Both the position numbers and the translations under genes were made by a program. A stretch of 63,661 bases of DNA, the filler included, from Octopus bimaculoides (taxonomy: Eukaryota), in the NCBI RefSeq assembly GCF_001194135.2. It is 5 parts of 5 records of this genome, joined end to end, with 100 filler letters (N's around TTAATTAATTAA, not from the genome) between each part and the next. Parts side by side here need not be neighbours in the genome. Positions count along the whole stretch, not along the records: positions 13,215 to 44,361 come from NC_068997.1; positions 44,462 to 59,455 come from NC_068989.1; 3 more parts are not named here. The stretch is one strand, 5' to 3'. Shown piece by piece: positions 38,125-50,878 of the stretch. Numbering within the stretch: the stretch's first letter is position 1; every line of letters begins with the position of its first letter. Under the pieces are notes generated by a model. That model was not told the DNA's origin and searched no databases. It was given only the letters and a program-made list of their open reading frames with translations.

Positions 38125-38345
38125 ATCCTTTCTATAATAGGCACAAGGCCTGGAATCTGGAGGAGGAGGTGGGCTTGTCGACGAAATTGATCCCAGGGTT
38201 TCACTGGTACTTAATTTATCGACCCCGAAAGGATGAAAGACTAAGTCAACTTCTGCGGATTTTGAACTCAGAACGTAGCGACGAGCGAAATACCGCTAAG
38301 GATTTTGTCCAGCGCACAAACCATTCTTCCACTTCACCGCCTTAG
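38125..38345 (-). mobile_element. SINE family C copy
   Basis: tcctttctataataggcacaaggcctgg...actggtacttaatttatcgaccccgaaaggatgaaag...ttgaactcagaacgtagcg. Confidence 0.75.
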
Positions 38346-38644
38346 GATTGTATATGATAACACATTCTATGTAATGATTGACAATAAACACATTTCGTTT
38401 GTGCATTATACTTTAAGATGAAAATAAAATACCTTCTTTTCGAAGTTTTACGAAAATCCTCCAAAATTAGAAGTACATTAATTAAAGATGGTATTAGCTT
38501 AATTAAGACAATATTCCAATCAAGAATAGAATGGTTGGCGCAAGTGGTGAGGCTGCATTTACGGTAATTTGATATAGGAGGTTTATATTTTATGTACTAT
38601 TGTCGGGATGATGAGATGCTGTTTGGTATGAGCTGTGTGTGTTT

Positions 38645-38797
38645 GTGGCTGTGTGGTAAGTAGACTGCTTTCCAACCACATGGTTCCGGGTTCAGTGCCA
38701 CTGTGTGGAACCTTGAGCAAGTGTCTTCTACTATAGCCTCGGGCCGACCAAAGCCTTGTGAGTGGATTTGGTAGACAGAAACTGAAAGAAGCCCATC

Positions 38798-38838
<41 letters not shown>

Positions 38839-39049
38839 TATACATTTGTGCGTGTCTGTGTTTGTCCCCGACCATCGCTTGATGGTGGTATGTTTACGTC
38901 CCCGTAATTTAGCGGTTCGGTAAAAAAGACCGATAGAATAAGTACTAGGCTTACAAAGAATAAGTCCTGGGGTCAATTTGTTCGACTAAAGGCGGTGCTC
39001 CAGCACGGCCCCAGTCAAATGACTGAAACAAATAAAAGAATAAAAGAAT
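38645..39049 (+). mobile_element. SINE family A, well-preserved full copy
   Basis: gtggctgtgtggtaag..gctttccaaccacatggttccgggttcag...ggcggtgctccagcacggcc..gtcaaatgactgaaacaaataaaagaataaaagaa. Confidence 0.85.
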
Positions 39050-39360
39050 TGTTGATCGGTTTCTGTGTAGGTTATGTGTTGTGCGAAATGAAATAGATTA
39101 TTCAGTTGTAATTGTTTCAAATGCGTGGCTTGTGGGCGGTCCTGATGTTGAGCGTCGGTTATAGATTGCCTGAGAGTACGTGACATGTTATCGTATTAAA
39201 TGTTGATATAAGAATATATTTTGCGTGGGTTTAATGTTTACTGATGATTCTGTAGAAGAAGGTTTTCGTGATCTGTGTTAATTTATTGGATTCTGTTCGT
39301 ATGTAACGTGTGTTCTATTATTTCATAGACAACAACAACAACGACTTTTATAATACTCAC

Positions 39361-39584
39361 GTAAAAGCAATCATTTCATTGGACAGATTTATGAAAGGCA
39401 TCAGGAACATTCAGCATCTAAACATTTCGATGTGCCTTCCTCTGCAGTTCAGAATCATGGTTATCCTACCGTCACCACCTTCTATCCCTTGAGCCCTTCT
39501 ATTCATAAGTGCGGGAACAAAATCTGCTTTGTGAGTGCAAAGCCAAGTCCAAGGTTTGTCCTTTTTAATATCAGTTTTTTCAAT
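39361..39584 (-). other. Candidate upstream (probably non-coding) exon of the minus-strand gene
   Basis: Acceptor tatttcttttgatattaag and donor TAC|GTGAGT. All frames contain stops, so it is a 5' UTR exon with uORFs if real. Confidence 0.35.
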
Positions 39585-39604
39585 CTTAATATCAAAAGAA
39601 ATAT

Positions 39605-39850
39605 AAGGATAATAATAGATAAGGGTAATAATAGATTCAAATTTTGGCACAAGGCCACCACTTTATTTTGTAGTGGAGGTGTTAGTCGGGTACATCAACC
39701 CTTATATTCAACTGGTAATTATTTTATCGACCCCGAAAGGATGAAAAGCAAAGTCAACCTCGGCGGAATTTGAACTCAGGATGTAAAGACGGACGAGATA
39801 CAACGAAGCATTTCGCCCGGTGTTGACGATTCTGCCAGGTTGTCGCCTTA
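39605..39850 (-). mobile_element. SINE family C copy
   Basis: aaattttggcacaaggcca...actggtaattattttatcgaccccgaaaggatgaaaagcaaagtcaacctcggcggaatttgaactc. Confidence 0.75.
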
Positions 39851-39920
39851 TGAGAGAATAATAATAATCATCATCATAATACTACTACTACTACTACTAA
39901 TAATAATAATAATGATATAT

Positions 39921-40045
39921 TGGAACCGCTCGAATACTCCGGAAGGTGCTCGAAAAATAAGAAGTGTTACCTTAGTTCACTGGTAGTGAACAGCTAATGC
40001 CGTAGTACATCTCCAGTGATAGAAGCTGTGCAAAGGCAATGATAA
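39921..40045 (+). mobile_element. Severely 5'-truncated R4/Dong-clade LINE (3' end) within (TAA)n
   Basis: GTARILRKVLEK* followed by a 3' UTR shared with the 57418 copy; flanked by TAA repeats. Confidence 0.6.
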
Positions 40046-40379
40046 TAATAATTATTATTATCATTATTGTTTTTATTTTCTCTTTTTCACAGGTTTTGTG
40101 GGAGCTCCTGGAGTCTTGCATGCATTGCAGACTTACTACTTGCAGCCTGCGGTACCATGCTATTCGTTCTTTTCAGCTATCTAATACTTTCCTGATTATT
40201 CTGGCCGTGCGAGGGAGGCTATTATTATTATTATTATTATTATTAGTAGTAGTAGTAGTAGTAGTAGTATTATTAGTATTATTATTGTATGTGTACATTA
40301 ACCAAGTGAAATAAAATCTAATAATGGAAATTAATGCTTTAAATCAGACCAAAAATGTTCCTACACTCATTCGTAGTTT

Positions 40380-41300
40380 TTCAGAGGGATGTTCAAAGTG
40401 GTTTCATTATCTCACAAAAGTTTCAGGTGTTGCACCTGTACCCTCGCAACTCATGTTATCGAGCTTGTGTTTCTATTTGCACTGCAGATATGAATCTTTG
40501 CACACTTTCCATTTAGTATGTGAGCTAAAGCACGGCTGCGGCTGTGCCAGCACTGCCATTGCGAATGTCTGGTAGAGGAACATCTTTCAGGAATTTGAAT
40601 GGTCGGTGTATTGTTTAAGTGTCCAGCTTGTTTATGGCAGTAACCCGCATTGACAGCTAAAAACTGGGAATGTTTTTGGCTTCTGCATCTGCAGTGATGA
40701 AGTAATATTGGTTTTATTGGAATGGCAAGTGGCTTTATGTTGTACAATGAAATCTTTGAGTGTGATGTATATAAAATGACAGCTTTTGTGAAAAACTGTC
40801 CTCAATGATGGGAAAGAGATATTAGAATAATTGTTATTGGGTGAAGAATCTCTCAGTGTCGTAGAGACATAAAGAAATGCAGAAAGTAGACTTGTAATTC
40901 GCACAAAAAATATAGAAGTTTATGTCGGTGATAGCTTTGCTAAGCGAGAAGTGCGGTGGGTAGTGTAGTGTTCAGGTAAGCACATTGAAGATCTTTCACA
41001 CCCAATTCGGAACAGAGAGATGGATTGGAAATAAATTGTGAAATATTTGTGTCACAGAGAAGAATCAGATGTGAGGTTTGCTGTTTATGATAGGATCAAA
41101 GGTGTCTCAAAGCCATCGATTGTTGGTGTAGAATGGAATTAATTGTCCCATATATTGATTCTAGTTCTCTTTATTATATTTCTTCACTGTATTGGTTTAG
41201 AATTGTATTCAGAGATGAAAGAGGAGGAATAGATAGACCACGTTCATGTATGTTCTCGTCCATCTGACGACATTTAACGAGACAGGTTAATATGTAGTAC
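40380..41300 (-). mobile_element. Possible highly decayed Penelope-like element (GIY-YIG end)
   Basis: Only faint motifs (LRD..P....SN, FSCQCG, AHILN..CAK) across many stops. Confidence 0.25.
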
Positions 41301-41558
41301 TATATGCAACACAAATATCAAACGTTCCGCTATTTGAAGAATATATTTAATGTGTTTGCTATATTAATGTGCTTAGAATAGAATCTCAGATGCAGTATGC
41401 AAGTATTTTGTAACAATATTCCATACATCTCTCTTCCTCTCCCCCTCTCCCTCTCTCAATCATTCAATATGTATATATATCATTAATACCCGAATGAAAT
41501 TATTAATGTTATTATTATTATTATTATATCATCATCATCATCATCATCATCGTCGTCG

Positions 41559-41626
<68 letters not shown>

Positions 41627-41671
41627 GTTGTTGTTGTTGGTGTTGTTGTTGTTGTTGTTATTGTTATTGTT

Positions 41672-41702
<31 letters not shown>

Positions 41703-41779
41703 TTTCAATTAATGTCATTGTTTTGTTATTGTTGTTATTATCATCATTATCATAACTATTACTCTTATACACGAATATA

Positions 41780-41822
<43 letters not shown>

Positions 41823-42474
41823 TAAATTCAATGCCATTATTTTGTAACAAGATTTCATGTACTAACACGTGCAAACAAACACACATACACACATACACAC
41901 ACACACACGCACACACACACACACACACACACATACACACACGCATGCACTCACATATCGACGAATATATATATGCATGCATATGTACATTTAGTGCTTG
42001 AAAGCCAGCAAACGAGAGCTAGCTAGTTTCTTCGTCATAAGTGCCTTTATGTCGGATGAATGCTACATATCTGTTAGTTCTTCAAATATCCTGTCTCACA
42101 TAATCAGATTTTAGAGCTTTTAAAATGTCTATAAATACGTGTTGTACCTTGCTACATAGCTGTCTTTATTTATTCGCTGGTTTACAAATGTTTTTGGTTT
42201 TTATAGAGTGGCTTTGAAATTTCAAAATTGTGTTTCATTGGTAAAATAAAAATAAAAAAGATAAGTATGTGCATAAAATATATTGACACACTTGCGACAT
42301 CTGTATAGGCTCACACACCTACAAATACATCCCGGAACTATAAGCGGGAATACACAGACATATACACAGCCACATATACAGAGACACACAGACACAGACA
42401 CACACACACGCACATACAAACACACACACTTTCACGCACACACGCATACACACAAATAAACATATATATACATA

Positions 42475-42704
42475 TATATACACATACATGCATATACATA
42501 TAGCTATCTATATGTATATGTACAGAAATACAGACACGCAAACACACAGATATGTTTGTGTATGTGTCTGTGTGTGTGTTGTAGATCTTAACACTTTTCG
42601 CCCGTCCACAAGTCTATGTTTCCCTTGTAAAAATGTCCCTAATAACATTCCTTATACTTTATTTCATTCAGTACTTGCACTCTATATGAAACCATGTACT
42701 CAAC

Positions 42705-42768
<64 letters not shown>

Positions 42769-42803
42769 GTCTGTCTGTCTGTCCATCTGTCTGTCCGTCT
42801 ATC

Positions 42804-42880
<77 letters not shown>

Positions 42881-43113
42881 GTCTGTCTGTCTATCTGTTC
42901 ATCAAGCAATATGCACCGAGATTGAATGATTAGGAGGAGGTGTACAGCATGTTAAAGAAATCTGACAATTTATTGTATCTCTAAAACGTGAAACTATTAG
43001 TAGTTTTTTTGTAAATAGTGTACATTAAATGATATTTATCTCACACTAGATGGAGTACTTTTTTGTTGATCCGACCTATAACGGAACTGCAAATACGCTT
43101 GTATATACATACA

Positions 43114-43146
<33 letters not shown>

Positions 43147-43755
43147 NNNNNNNNNNNNNNNNNNNNNNNNNNNNNNNNNNNNNNNNNNNNNNNNNNNNNN
43201 NNNNNNNNNNNNNNNNNNNNNNNNNNNNNNNNNNNNNNNNNNNNNNNNNNNNNNNNNNNNNNNNNNNNNNNNNNNNNNNNNNNNNNNNNNNNNNATATAT
43301 ATATATATATATATATAAAACATATATTTTATATATCTCTGATTTTGCCTACATATTTATGAGCATGGTTGTATATGTATATATGCACACGTATGTGTTC
43401 TATATATATAGAGATACACAAATCTTTGTTCATATCAATAGATTCATGTTGATGACCCCGACTGAAGCTTACTTTTTTGTGCATGTGTGTGTACATGCGT
43501 ATATGTGTATGTATGTGCGGGCGGGCGTGTATATGTTCATGTGCCTATATCAGTGTATGTGAGTATAATAAAGTATTAGGAATGTTATTAGGGACATTTT
43601 TACAAGCGAAATATAGACTTGTGGACGGGCGAAAAGTGTTAAGATCTACAACACACACACAGACACATACACAAACATATCTGTGTGTTTGCGTGTCTGT
43701 ATTTCTGTACATATACATATAGATAGCTATATGTATATGCATGTATGTGTATATA
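42475..43755. repeat. Inverted duplication, arms ~42475-42663 and ~43568-43755
   Basis: The arms are reverse complements over ~190 bp with about 3 mismatches by eye; they include unique sequence gtagatcttaacacttttcgcccgtccacaagtcta. Confidence 0.85.
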
Positions 43756-43978
43756 AATGTATATAAATTTTGTTTAGAAGTTGACTGAGTACGAAATCGA
43801 GGCTGGTACCCATAAAAATAAAATGGCGGTTAAATGAAAGCAAGTTAGTTCACAGTCAATTTATAATGATTCAAGTACAATTTTTCTAGATTTTATTTAT
43901 ATCCTTCGTCCTTTTGTTTTTAATATTATTTCTAGCCTCTTCCATTAACATCATTTTCCTTCTCCTTATTATCCTGGC

Positions 43979-44019
<41 letters not shown>

Positions 44020-44197
44020 GTTCATTTAATGCTGTTTTTATATTTTAAGTGGCTTCTACTTCTATATTTTATATACCTTCTTTGATTCCCTTCAGGATTT
44101 TCTTTGCTATTTCATTCTGGTTTACACCATGTTTTCGATTTTTATTATGCAGCTGTGTATCATTTTTAGATCTAGTTGCACACACACACACACACAC

Positions 44198-44238
<41 letters not shown>

Positions 44239-44546
44239 CAAACATACACACGCACACGTACACACGCACACGTACACGCACGCATGAACGCATACAAAGA
44301 AATATAGAAAAAAAACAACATCGTTGTCGTTGTGAGGTCGTCGTTATTACTGTTTTTGTGGNNNNNNNNNNNNNNNNNNNNNNNNNNNNNNNNNNNNNNN
44401 NNNNNTTAATTAATTAANNNNNNNNNNNNNNNNNNNNNNNNNNNNNNNNNNNNNNNNNNNNAAAATAAGCAACACGGATAATACCATACTATATTCTGGT
44501 GCCTAAACATAAGTACCATATTCAATTTTGAATCTAAATCTAAATC

Positions 44547-44578
<32 letters not shown>

Positions 44579-44912
44579 TATAAAGAAAGGAAGCTGTTTT
44601 TAGGTACAATATAAAACTCAGTTCTCAGTCCCGTACAACCTACGCGTTTTTCAGGGTGATGTTACGTCAATGTGCTTCGACAGAAATCAAGTGGTTGAAA
44701 CAATCATACTCTTCCGACATTTGGATCCTGTTTCGTGAAGATCCGTCGATTTCAATAACGCTGACTAACAGCTGACGTGATTCTGTGTCCTGTTTAAGCC
44801 CCAAAATCGGACGGTTAATTTACAATCTCTTGTTATATCTCCAAAAATGTTCAGGATTCTTGAACACTCTGAAAACAAAACAAAAGCAGTCATACAAAAA
44901 TGTTTGACTCAC

Positions 44913-45240
44913 TTTGCTTAGTAAACAGTAAGACATTATTATTTGAAGTAGAAATTTCAAGAAGCAGACAAACAGAACACTTCAGCAAACACTTAATACT
45001 CAATGTATGATTAATGCTAAAACACTGCTTGGTTCCAGAGAAAGAACTTTTGCACACTAGTATTAACAACGCCAACAGTAGAAATTGTGTTGGATGGATA
45101 ATATTCCGATAGAGATATACGTGAAGGTCACAAAGCATTTTCTTTCAGCATACTTTTCTTCTTGGCCTTTGGGAGACAATGTTCCAGAGTTCTGAGAATT
45201 TTCCAATGTTAAAACAAAAAGCGTTGAGGTCAGACGGTTT
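44913..45240 (-). other. Possible first exon of the minus-strand candidate gene
   Basis: Unique sequence ending in donor AAA|GTGAGT, downstream of a CpG-richer patch (45300-45550); link to the other exons is unproven. Confidence 0.25.
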
Positions 45241-45767
45241 TGCGACATTCTATTTTCTCTTATGTTAAAGTTAAAATACTAACATTACGCCCCATCACAC
45301 GACCCGTGAGNNNNNNNNNNCGGAAGCTGTATTAGAACCGAAGGACCTCTCATATAGACGCATGGTGCAGAAAAGCACACATATTTATATCGTTTGGAGA
45401 TGAGAATCGTCTGCTACGGGCGCAAAAAAAAAAAAGCCAGATGACGTGGTTTTAACATACTGCGTCTCATTCGTGACAGCCATCCGATGGCCGCACATCA
45501 GCCAAATCTCACTACCAACGATCTATAGAACTCCAGTGGCTTTTCAAGCACTGATGACATAAATAGCCAGCAAGCTTATTAAAAAATTATTATTAGCAAC
45601 AGAAGCAGTATTAATATCCAAAAGCAATCTTTATAACGTGTCTGATGGAATGGTTTTACCCACACTTATTTTTTAAATTTTCACGATTCCTTCAGTTAAG
45701 TGTTGTCATTCGTATCTTTCACTGTGTGTGTGTATGTGTATACGTGTGTGTATGTATATACATATGT

Positions 45768-45814
<47 letters not shown>

Positions 45815-45815
<1 letters not shown>

Positions 45816-46165
45816 ATATATATAAGCATGCTTCCAAACCGCATGGTTCCATGTTTAGACCAACTACTTCGGGCCGACCAAACTCTTGAGTGGATTTGGT
45901 AAGCGGAAACTGAGAGAAGCTCGTCGTAAATATATGCATATATCTCTGTGTGTATCTTTGTATATATGTTTGTCACCCGCCACCACTAGACAACCAGCAT
46001 AGATGTGTTTATGTCCCCCCATTACCTAGCGGTTCGGCAAAATAGATTGATAGAATAAGTACAAGTCTTTAAAAAATAATTATTAGAATCAATTCGTTTG
46101 ACTAAAGATCCTGAAAGCAGTTCCAAACATGGCTGCAGTCTAATGACTGAAACAAGTAAGATAAA
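45815..46165 (+). mobile_element. SINE family A copy
   Basis: gcttccaaaccgcatggttcc...ggatttggtaagcggaaactgagagaagc...catggctgcagtctaatgactgaaacaagtaag. Confidence 0.7.
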
Positions 46166-46248
46166 CATATATGACTAATTGATCGAAACAGTATTGATTT
46201 TGACATTTATGTTGCACAGCCGATATGATTTTAACTTATCACTTAACT

Positions 46249-46569
46249 CAGAAGTACTCAACCATTTTTTGCCCATGGATCCCTTGGATTCCTATTTTTC
46301 TTAGGTACCCCCACCCCTAGCCAGCTCGATGTTTAAAATCCTATTGTATTTTTATAATTAGGTATTATTTGAATTGTGTAAAAGTAATTGCTAAGATATT
46401 TTTTTGTATTCTGGACGTATAACCAATTTATTGTACTGGTCTGAAGCGCAGTGTTTTCATGGCCCCTGAATAATTACCTGGACCCCAATTTATTATACTG
46501 CATCCCTAGACTCCCAAAAATCTTATACCGACCCTCAGCGTCCATGTGGAAAATGGTTGAGAAACCCTG
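46249..46569. mobile_element. hAT (Charlie-like) MITE
   Basis: TIRs cagaagtactcaaccatttt / aaaatggttgagaaaccctg; degenerate 8-bp TSD acttaact / gctcaacc. Confidence 0.55.
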
Positions 46570-47699
46570 GCTCAACCGGAATTGTAGAAATGAAATGGCT
46601 GAATTAATATGGTCTAATTTCCCGTATGCTCTAATTCAAGGCTGTCATTTTTTTTGGGGGGGGGGGTGAAGATGAGAGAAGACGTGAACAAGTTGTTTCT
46701 AAAGTGCTTCCATCGACCTAGTTGGCGAGAATATCCAGAAGATAGTATATGGAACTGCTGTTTCTCACAATAACTGGGAATCGTTTTTTAAGGATGGGAT
46801 ACAAATTTTATTTATCTCTCTTCCTCTATAAATCATGCAACTGAGATCAAATACCAACATCGAATGCATTGACAGTCCCACCAGGTGGTGGTGGTGGTGG
46901 TTGTAGTTGTTGCTGTTGCTGTTGTTATTGTTTTTGTCGTCATTAATGTTACTATTAGCCCCCTTTCAGCTGTGATTAAAGAGATCAATAAACAAAAGCA
47001 TTCGACCCTAGACCATTTTATCTCTTTTTCAGTGGTGTGTATCCTGGACCGCACTTGCCAATAAGTTCTTTAACTTTTAAAGATGTTAAAGAGATTTCGT
47101 TTATGGGTGCAATTTTAGGCTAGTCCAGTGATGACAAAGGAAAACCATAAAATAATTTCATACCCTAGGCCCATATAACCATTTACTTAAAAAGTAGATG
47201 ACTATATGAACATAGTTCATGGTTATAACGGTTTTAAGGGATACGTGATTAGTTTGTGGGTTCAAAATGCGAGATATCTCGTTTATGAATTAATTTGGAG
47301 AAAATAAAAGTACTTTTCCAACTAACGTTCTCACCAATTAAACGTATAAAGTATTTTTGACAATTTCCAACAATGAATCACAGCATACAACTCAATCATT
47401 AAGATCTTTATAAGTCAATGGGTTTTGATACCTACTCTGAACAGATCCGGGGTCTGAAACCTTTACAGAATGCTAATAAATGGTCTATTGTTATTTTGAA
47501 TTGTTATATTGAGCTCAATAGACAATGTAAAATTTATCATGAAAAAGATCATGTGTTGATAACATTCACAGGCCGTTCGAAACTGATGAGTTTGTCACGG
47601 TTAACGTTCAACATAATCAATAGATCAGTAAAACGGAATTCCAGAAGCTTGATGTTCTAAAGAGGAAAGATTAGACATGGTGGTTTATGCAGGGTCTAG

Positions 47700-48045
47700 G
47701 CTTGACACATTGTATACTTGACAATAGGAGGAGAGATAGATAGGTCTAGCTGTAAATTGTGAGCAATTATTTCGTTCTGATGAGCAGAAATTGTTTGTAA
47801 AAGCATTAGAATAGAGAGAGTTAGGTAAAGCCCATCTGTAGGCCGGATGTGTTGCCTTACTCTTATCATCTGCATGTGAGGTAGAGTTTATTTTGGTCAT
47901 TCAGGGCATTACTGTAGAAAAAGAAAAGTGCTGAGAATATAACTGAACCTTGGGTAAGACCAGAGTTCATAGATTTTTGGTGAGAAAGTGTTCCACCAGT
48001 GTGCGCTACCATAATACGATCTGATAGGAAGATTCTTACCCAATA
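47700..48045 (-). mobile_element. CR1/L2-type LINE RT fragment
   Basis: WVRIFLSDR....G.LS....SGLTQGSV..ALFFFY..(frameshift)..HADDKSK, a decayed SGVPQGSVL...YADD. Confidence 0.6.
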
Positions 48046-48470
48046 AATTATGAAACGCAAAGAAACCATAGACGAGCAACTTAGCTAAGATATTCTCGTG
48101 TCAGGCATGGTCAAATTATTTACTTTTATCAAGTGCGACGACATAGCTTTTAAAGGGCCACTGCCGAATATAACAGGTGTGCAAATTAATTGTAGAATAC
48201 ATCACCACCGATGTCCTACTAGCGATCACTAACGAGGAAATAGGAATCAATATTTTGGCAAAATAGGTCGTAACAAATGTTTACATCATTTTTAATATGC
48301 TGGAGCTCACTTCAGGGAAAAGATCACGGGGTTGCCCTCTTCGAAGATACAAGGGACAACTCAAGAATCGGTCTACAGTCATCAACAGTATCACCATAAA
48401 GGAAGCGGTCGGCAACGAAGAAACTAAATTCTAGGATACGAGATAAAGCCGCCGCTGCCCACGACAGATG
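48030..48470 (+). mobile_element. RTE LINE 3' fragment, decayed
   Basis: ELTSGKRSRGCPLRRYKGQLKN resembles the RTE C-terminal GEL..GKR.RG.P..RYKD.LK. Confidence 0.4.
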
Positions 48471-48928
48471 TATTCGCCATGGTGAGAGAAATTGGCCTTT
48501 TTATGGTGGAGGGAAACACACTAAATGTATGGGTATTGAAAAGTGTTCAACTCGTTTCCGAGTATCCAATTGGAAACAACACCAACGGTATTGAAATATA
48601 AATTGAAATGATCTCAGTATTTAGAAGATAGCAACATGATCAGGACTGAAGGTTACTACATTATCAGTTAAGTAAGATATACGATAAAAAGCAGGTAAAA
48701 TGCTGACGAGGCTGGCTTTAAACCGTTCTAAAGACAAACTTCAATCCAATCTAATGTTGGACGAATATTGACACAATTCAAGATCATTTACGTTAATTTA
48801 AGAAAATTCCGTTCATATATTTTCGAAAAAAACACGCCATAACGTCTTCTGGAAGCATGCAAGAACAGTTTAAAATAATAAGATAATACCTTATAATCAC
48901 TGGCTTCTAATGCCAAAGCTATTCGAAA

Positions 48929-48971
<43 letters not shown>

Positions 48972-49604
48972 NNNNNNNNNNNNNNNNNNNNNNNNNNNNN
49001 NNNNNNNNNNNNNNNNNNNNNNNNNNNNNNNNNNNNNNNNNNNNNNNNNNNNNNNNNNNNNNNNNNNNNNNNNNNNNNNNNNNNNNNNNNNNNNNNNNNN
49101 NNNNNNNNNNNNNNNNNNNNNNNNNNNNNNNNNNNNNNNNNNNNNNNNNNNNNNNNNNNNNNNNNNNNNNNNNNNNNNNNNNNNNNNNNNNNNNNNNNNN
49201 NNNNNNNNNNNNNNNNNNNNNNNNNNNNNNNNNNNNNNNNNNNNNNNNNNNNNNNNNNNNNNNNNNNNNNNNNNNNNNNNNNNNNNNNNNNNNNNNNNNN
49301 NNNNNNNNNNNNNNNNNNNNNNNNNNNNNNNNNNNNNNNNNNNNNNNNNNNNNNNNNNNNNNNNNNNNNNNNNNNNNNNNNNNNNNNNNNNNNNNNNNNN
49401 NNNNNNNNNNNNNNNNNNNNNNNNNNNNNNNNNNNNNNNNNNNNNNNNNNNNNNNNNNNNNNNNNNNNNNNNNNNNNNNNNNNNNNNNNNNNNNNNNNNN
49501 NNNNNNNNNNNNNNNNNNNNNNNNNNNNNNNNNNNNNNNNNNNNNNNNNNNNNNNNNNNNNNNNNNNNNNNNNNNNNNNNNNNNNNNNNNNNNNNNNNNN
49601 NNNN

Positions 49605-49629
<25 letters not shown>

Positions 49630-49636
<7 letters not shown>

Positions 49637-50878
49637 GTTAGAAGTAAATAGACACCCCATAAAACATCGTTTTCTGTTTATTCTAACTTCTAAAGGTTTA
49701 TATTTCTTATTAATTGACATTTTTATGTTTGAGATTCTATGTGTAACTGTTTAATCATACCACGCACAAAAGAAGCCTTGGAACTGTCTAAATTTTAAAT
49801 GAATTGTGAGTCATTCTGAAGGTGGATATAGTCAGCGTAAAATCGCAGAAGACCTTGGGATCCCGCTTTCTACAGTTAATAGAGTGATTGTGCAATTCAC
49901 CAGAGAGGGGAAGGAGTCCACATCACCTTGTCCAGATCAACCAGGGCTCTCTGACAGGACCCTTCTCTTTGCTAAAAGAAGTATGGAGGATAATTCTCAT
50001 TGCAGGACCTCTGACATAGCAGAACAAGTTGATGTCAGTTCCAGAAAAACTGTCAGGTATCTCCACAAACTCGGTTACTATGGCAGAGCAGGAAGAAGGA
50101 AGTTACATTTTTGACCAGGCAATATGCAGCGGAGAAAAGATCGAGCCAGTGAAATGGAGGAGAGGCCATTAGCATTTTGGGAAACTGTCATATTCTCTGA
50201 AGAGTCCAGATTTGCTGTATTTCCTAATAGAGGTCGATTGTGGGTCTGGAGACTCTGTGATCAAGAATTTGATGTGAAATGATTGCAACCAGCAATGAAA
50301 TACAGCAGCTATTCTGTGATGGTCTGGAGAACAATTTGGAGCAATGGTTGATCAGAGCTGGTGGAGTGTGAGGGAAAGATAAAATCAAATAAATATGTGT
50401 CCATATTGCAGAAAGGACTCCTTCCAAACTTCTCCGGTGGTGAAATGATTAAAGAAGACTCTCTATTTATGGAAGATGTGATTCCTTGTCGCACGGTTAA
50501 AATGACCCAAGATTTGTTGGAAAACAATGGCATTAGAAAGCTTCCATAGCCAAGCTAGTCACCAGATATGAACTCTATAGAACACCTGTGGGGTATAATG
50601 GACAGGACATTTCATAAACAGAACAAGAAAGCATTTTCAAAGCCAGATCTTTTTAGATTATTGCATGAAACTTAGCAAGAAATTCCGCAAGAGAATATTC
50701 ACCATCTGATCAGTAACATGCCTAATAGGGCCCTTGCATTGAAAAATGCAAAGAGCATGTCTGCTAAATACTAAATGTTCACATTATAACAACTAACAAA
50801 TAATTTGAATATATAATTTCAGATTTAAATAAATTTTAATGATTATAAGTGTGTCTATTTACTTCTTTCATGTCTGTG
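49630..50878 (+). mobile_element. Full-length Tc1-family DNA transposon (DD34E), inactive
   Basis: TIRs cacacatgttagaagtaaatagacac / gtgtctatttacttctttcatgtctgtg, with TA at both ends; internal transposase relic. Confidence 0.85.
49757..50774 (+). pseudogene. Tc1 transposase pseudogene
   Basis: HTH region [20 protein letters not shown]; FSEES (first Asp changed to Glu); D-34-E through SPDMNSIEHLW. One frame from 49806 to 50774 with six internal stops; start mutated to ATA and one 5' frameshift. Confidence 0.85.

Noticed and set aside
39411-39413. In-frame TGA in FRC*MFL read as selenocysteine or an editing-rescued Trp
   Set aside because: No selenoprotein family motif, no SECIS identified, and the read-through frame stops within two further exons.
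40093-40151. + strand pseudo-exon (strong acceptor, GFVGAPGVLHALQTYYLQPA); also the acceptor-like site at 23966
   Set aside because: Weak or absent donors, no phase-linked partner exons and no recognisable protein; pyrimidine tracts are common by chance here.
44869-44912. 44-nt GT-AG mini-intron on the minus strand
   Set aside because: Below the usual minimum intron size and the joined ORF is unrecognisable; more likely two independent alternative sites or chance.
50112-50674. A-to-I editing rescuing the Tc1 stops (UAG/UGA to UGG)
   Set aside because: Six stops would all need editing, several replace Arg or Gln rather than Trp, and the start codon, a 5' frameshift and the first catalytic Asp are also damaged.
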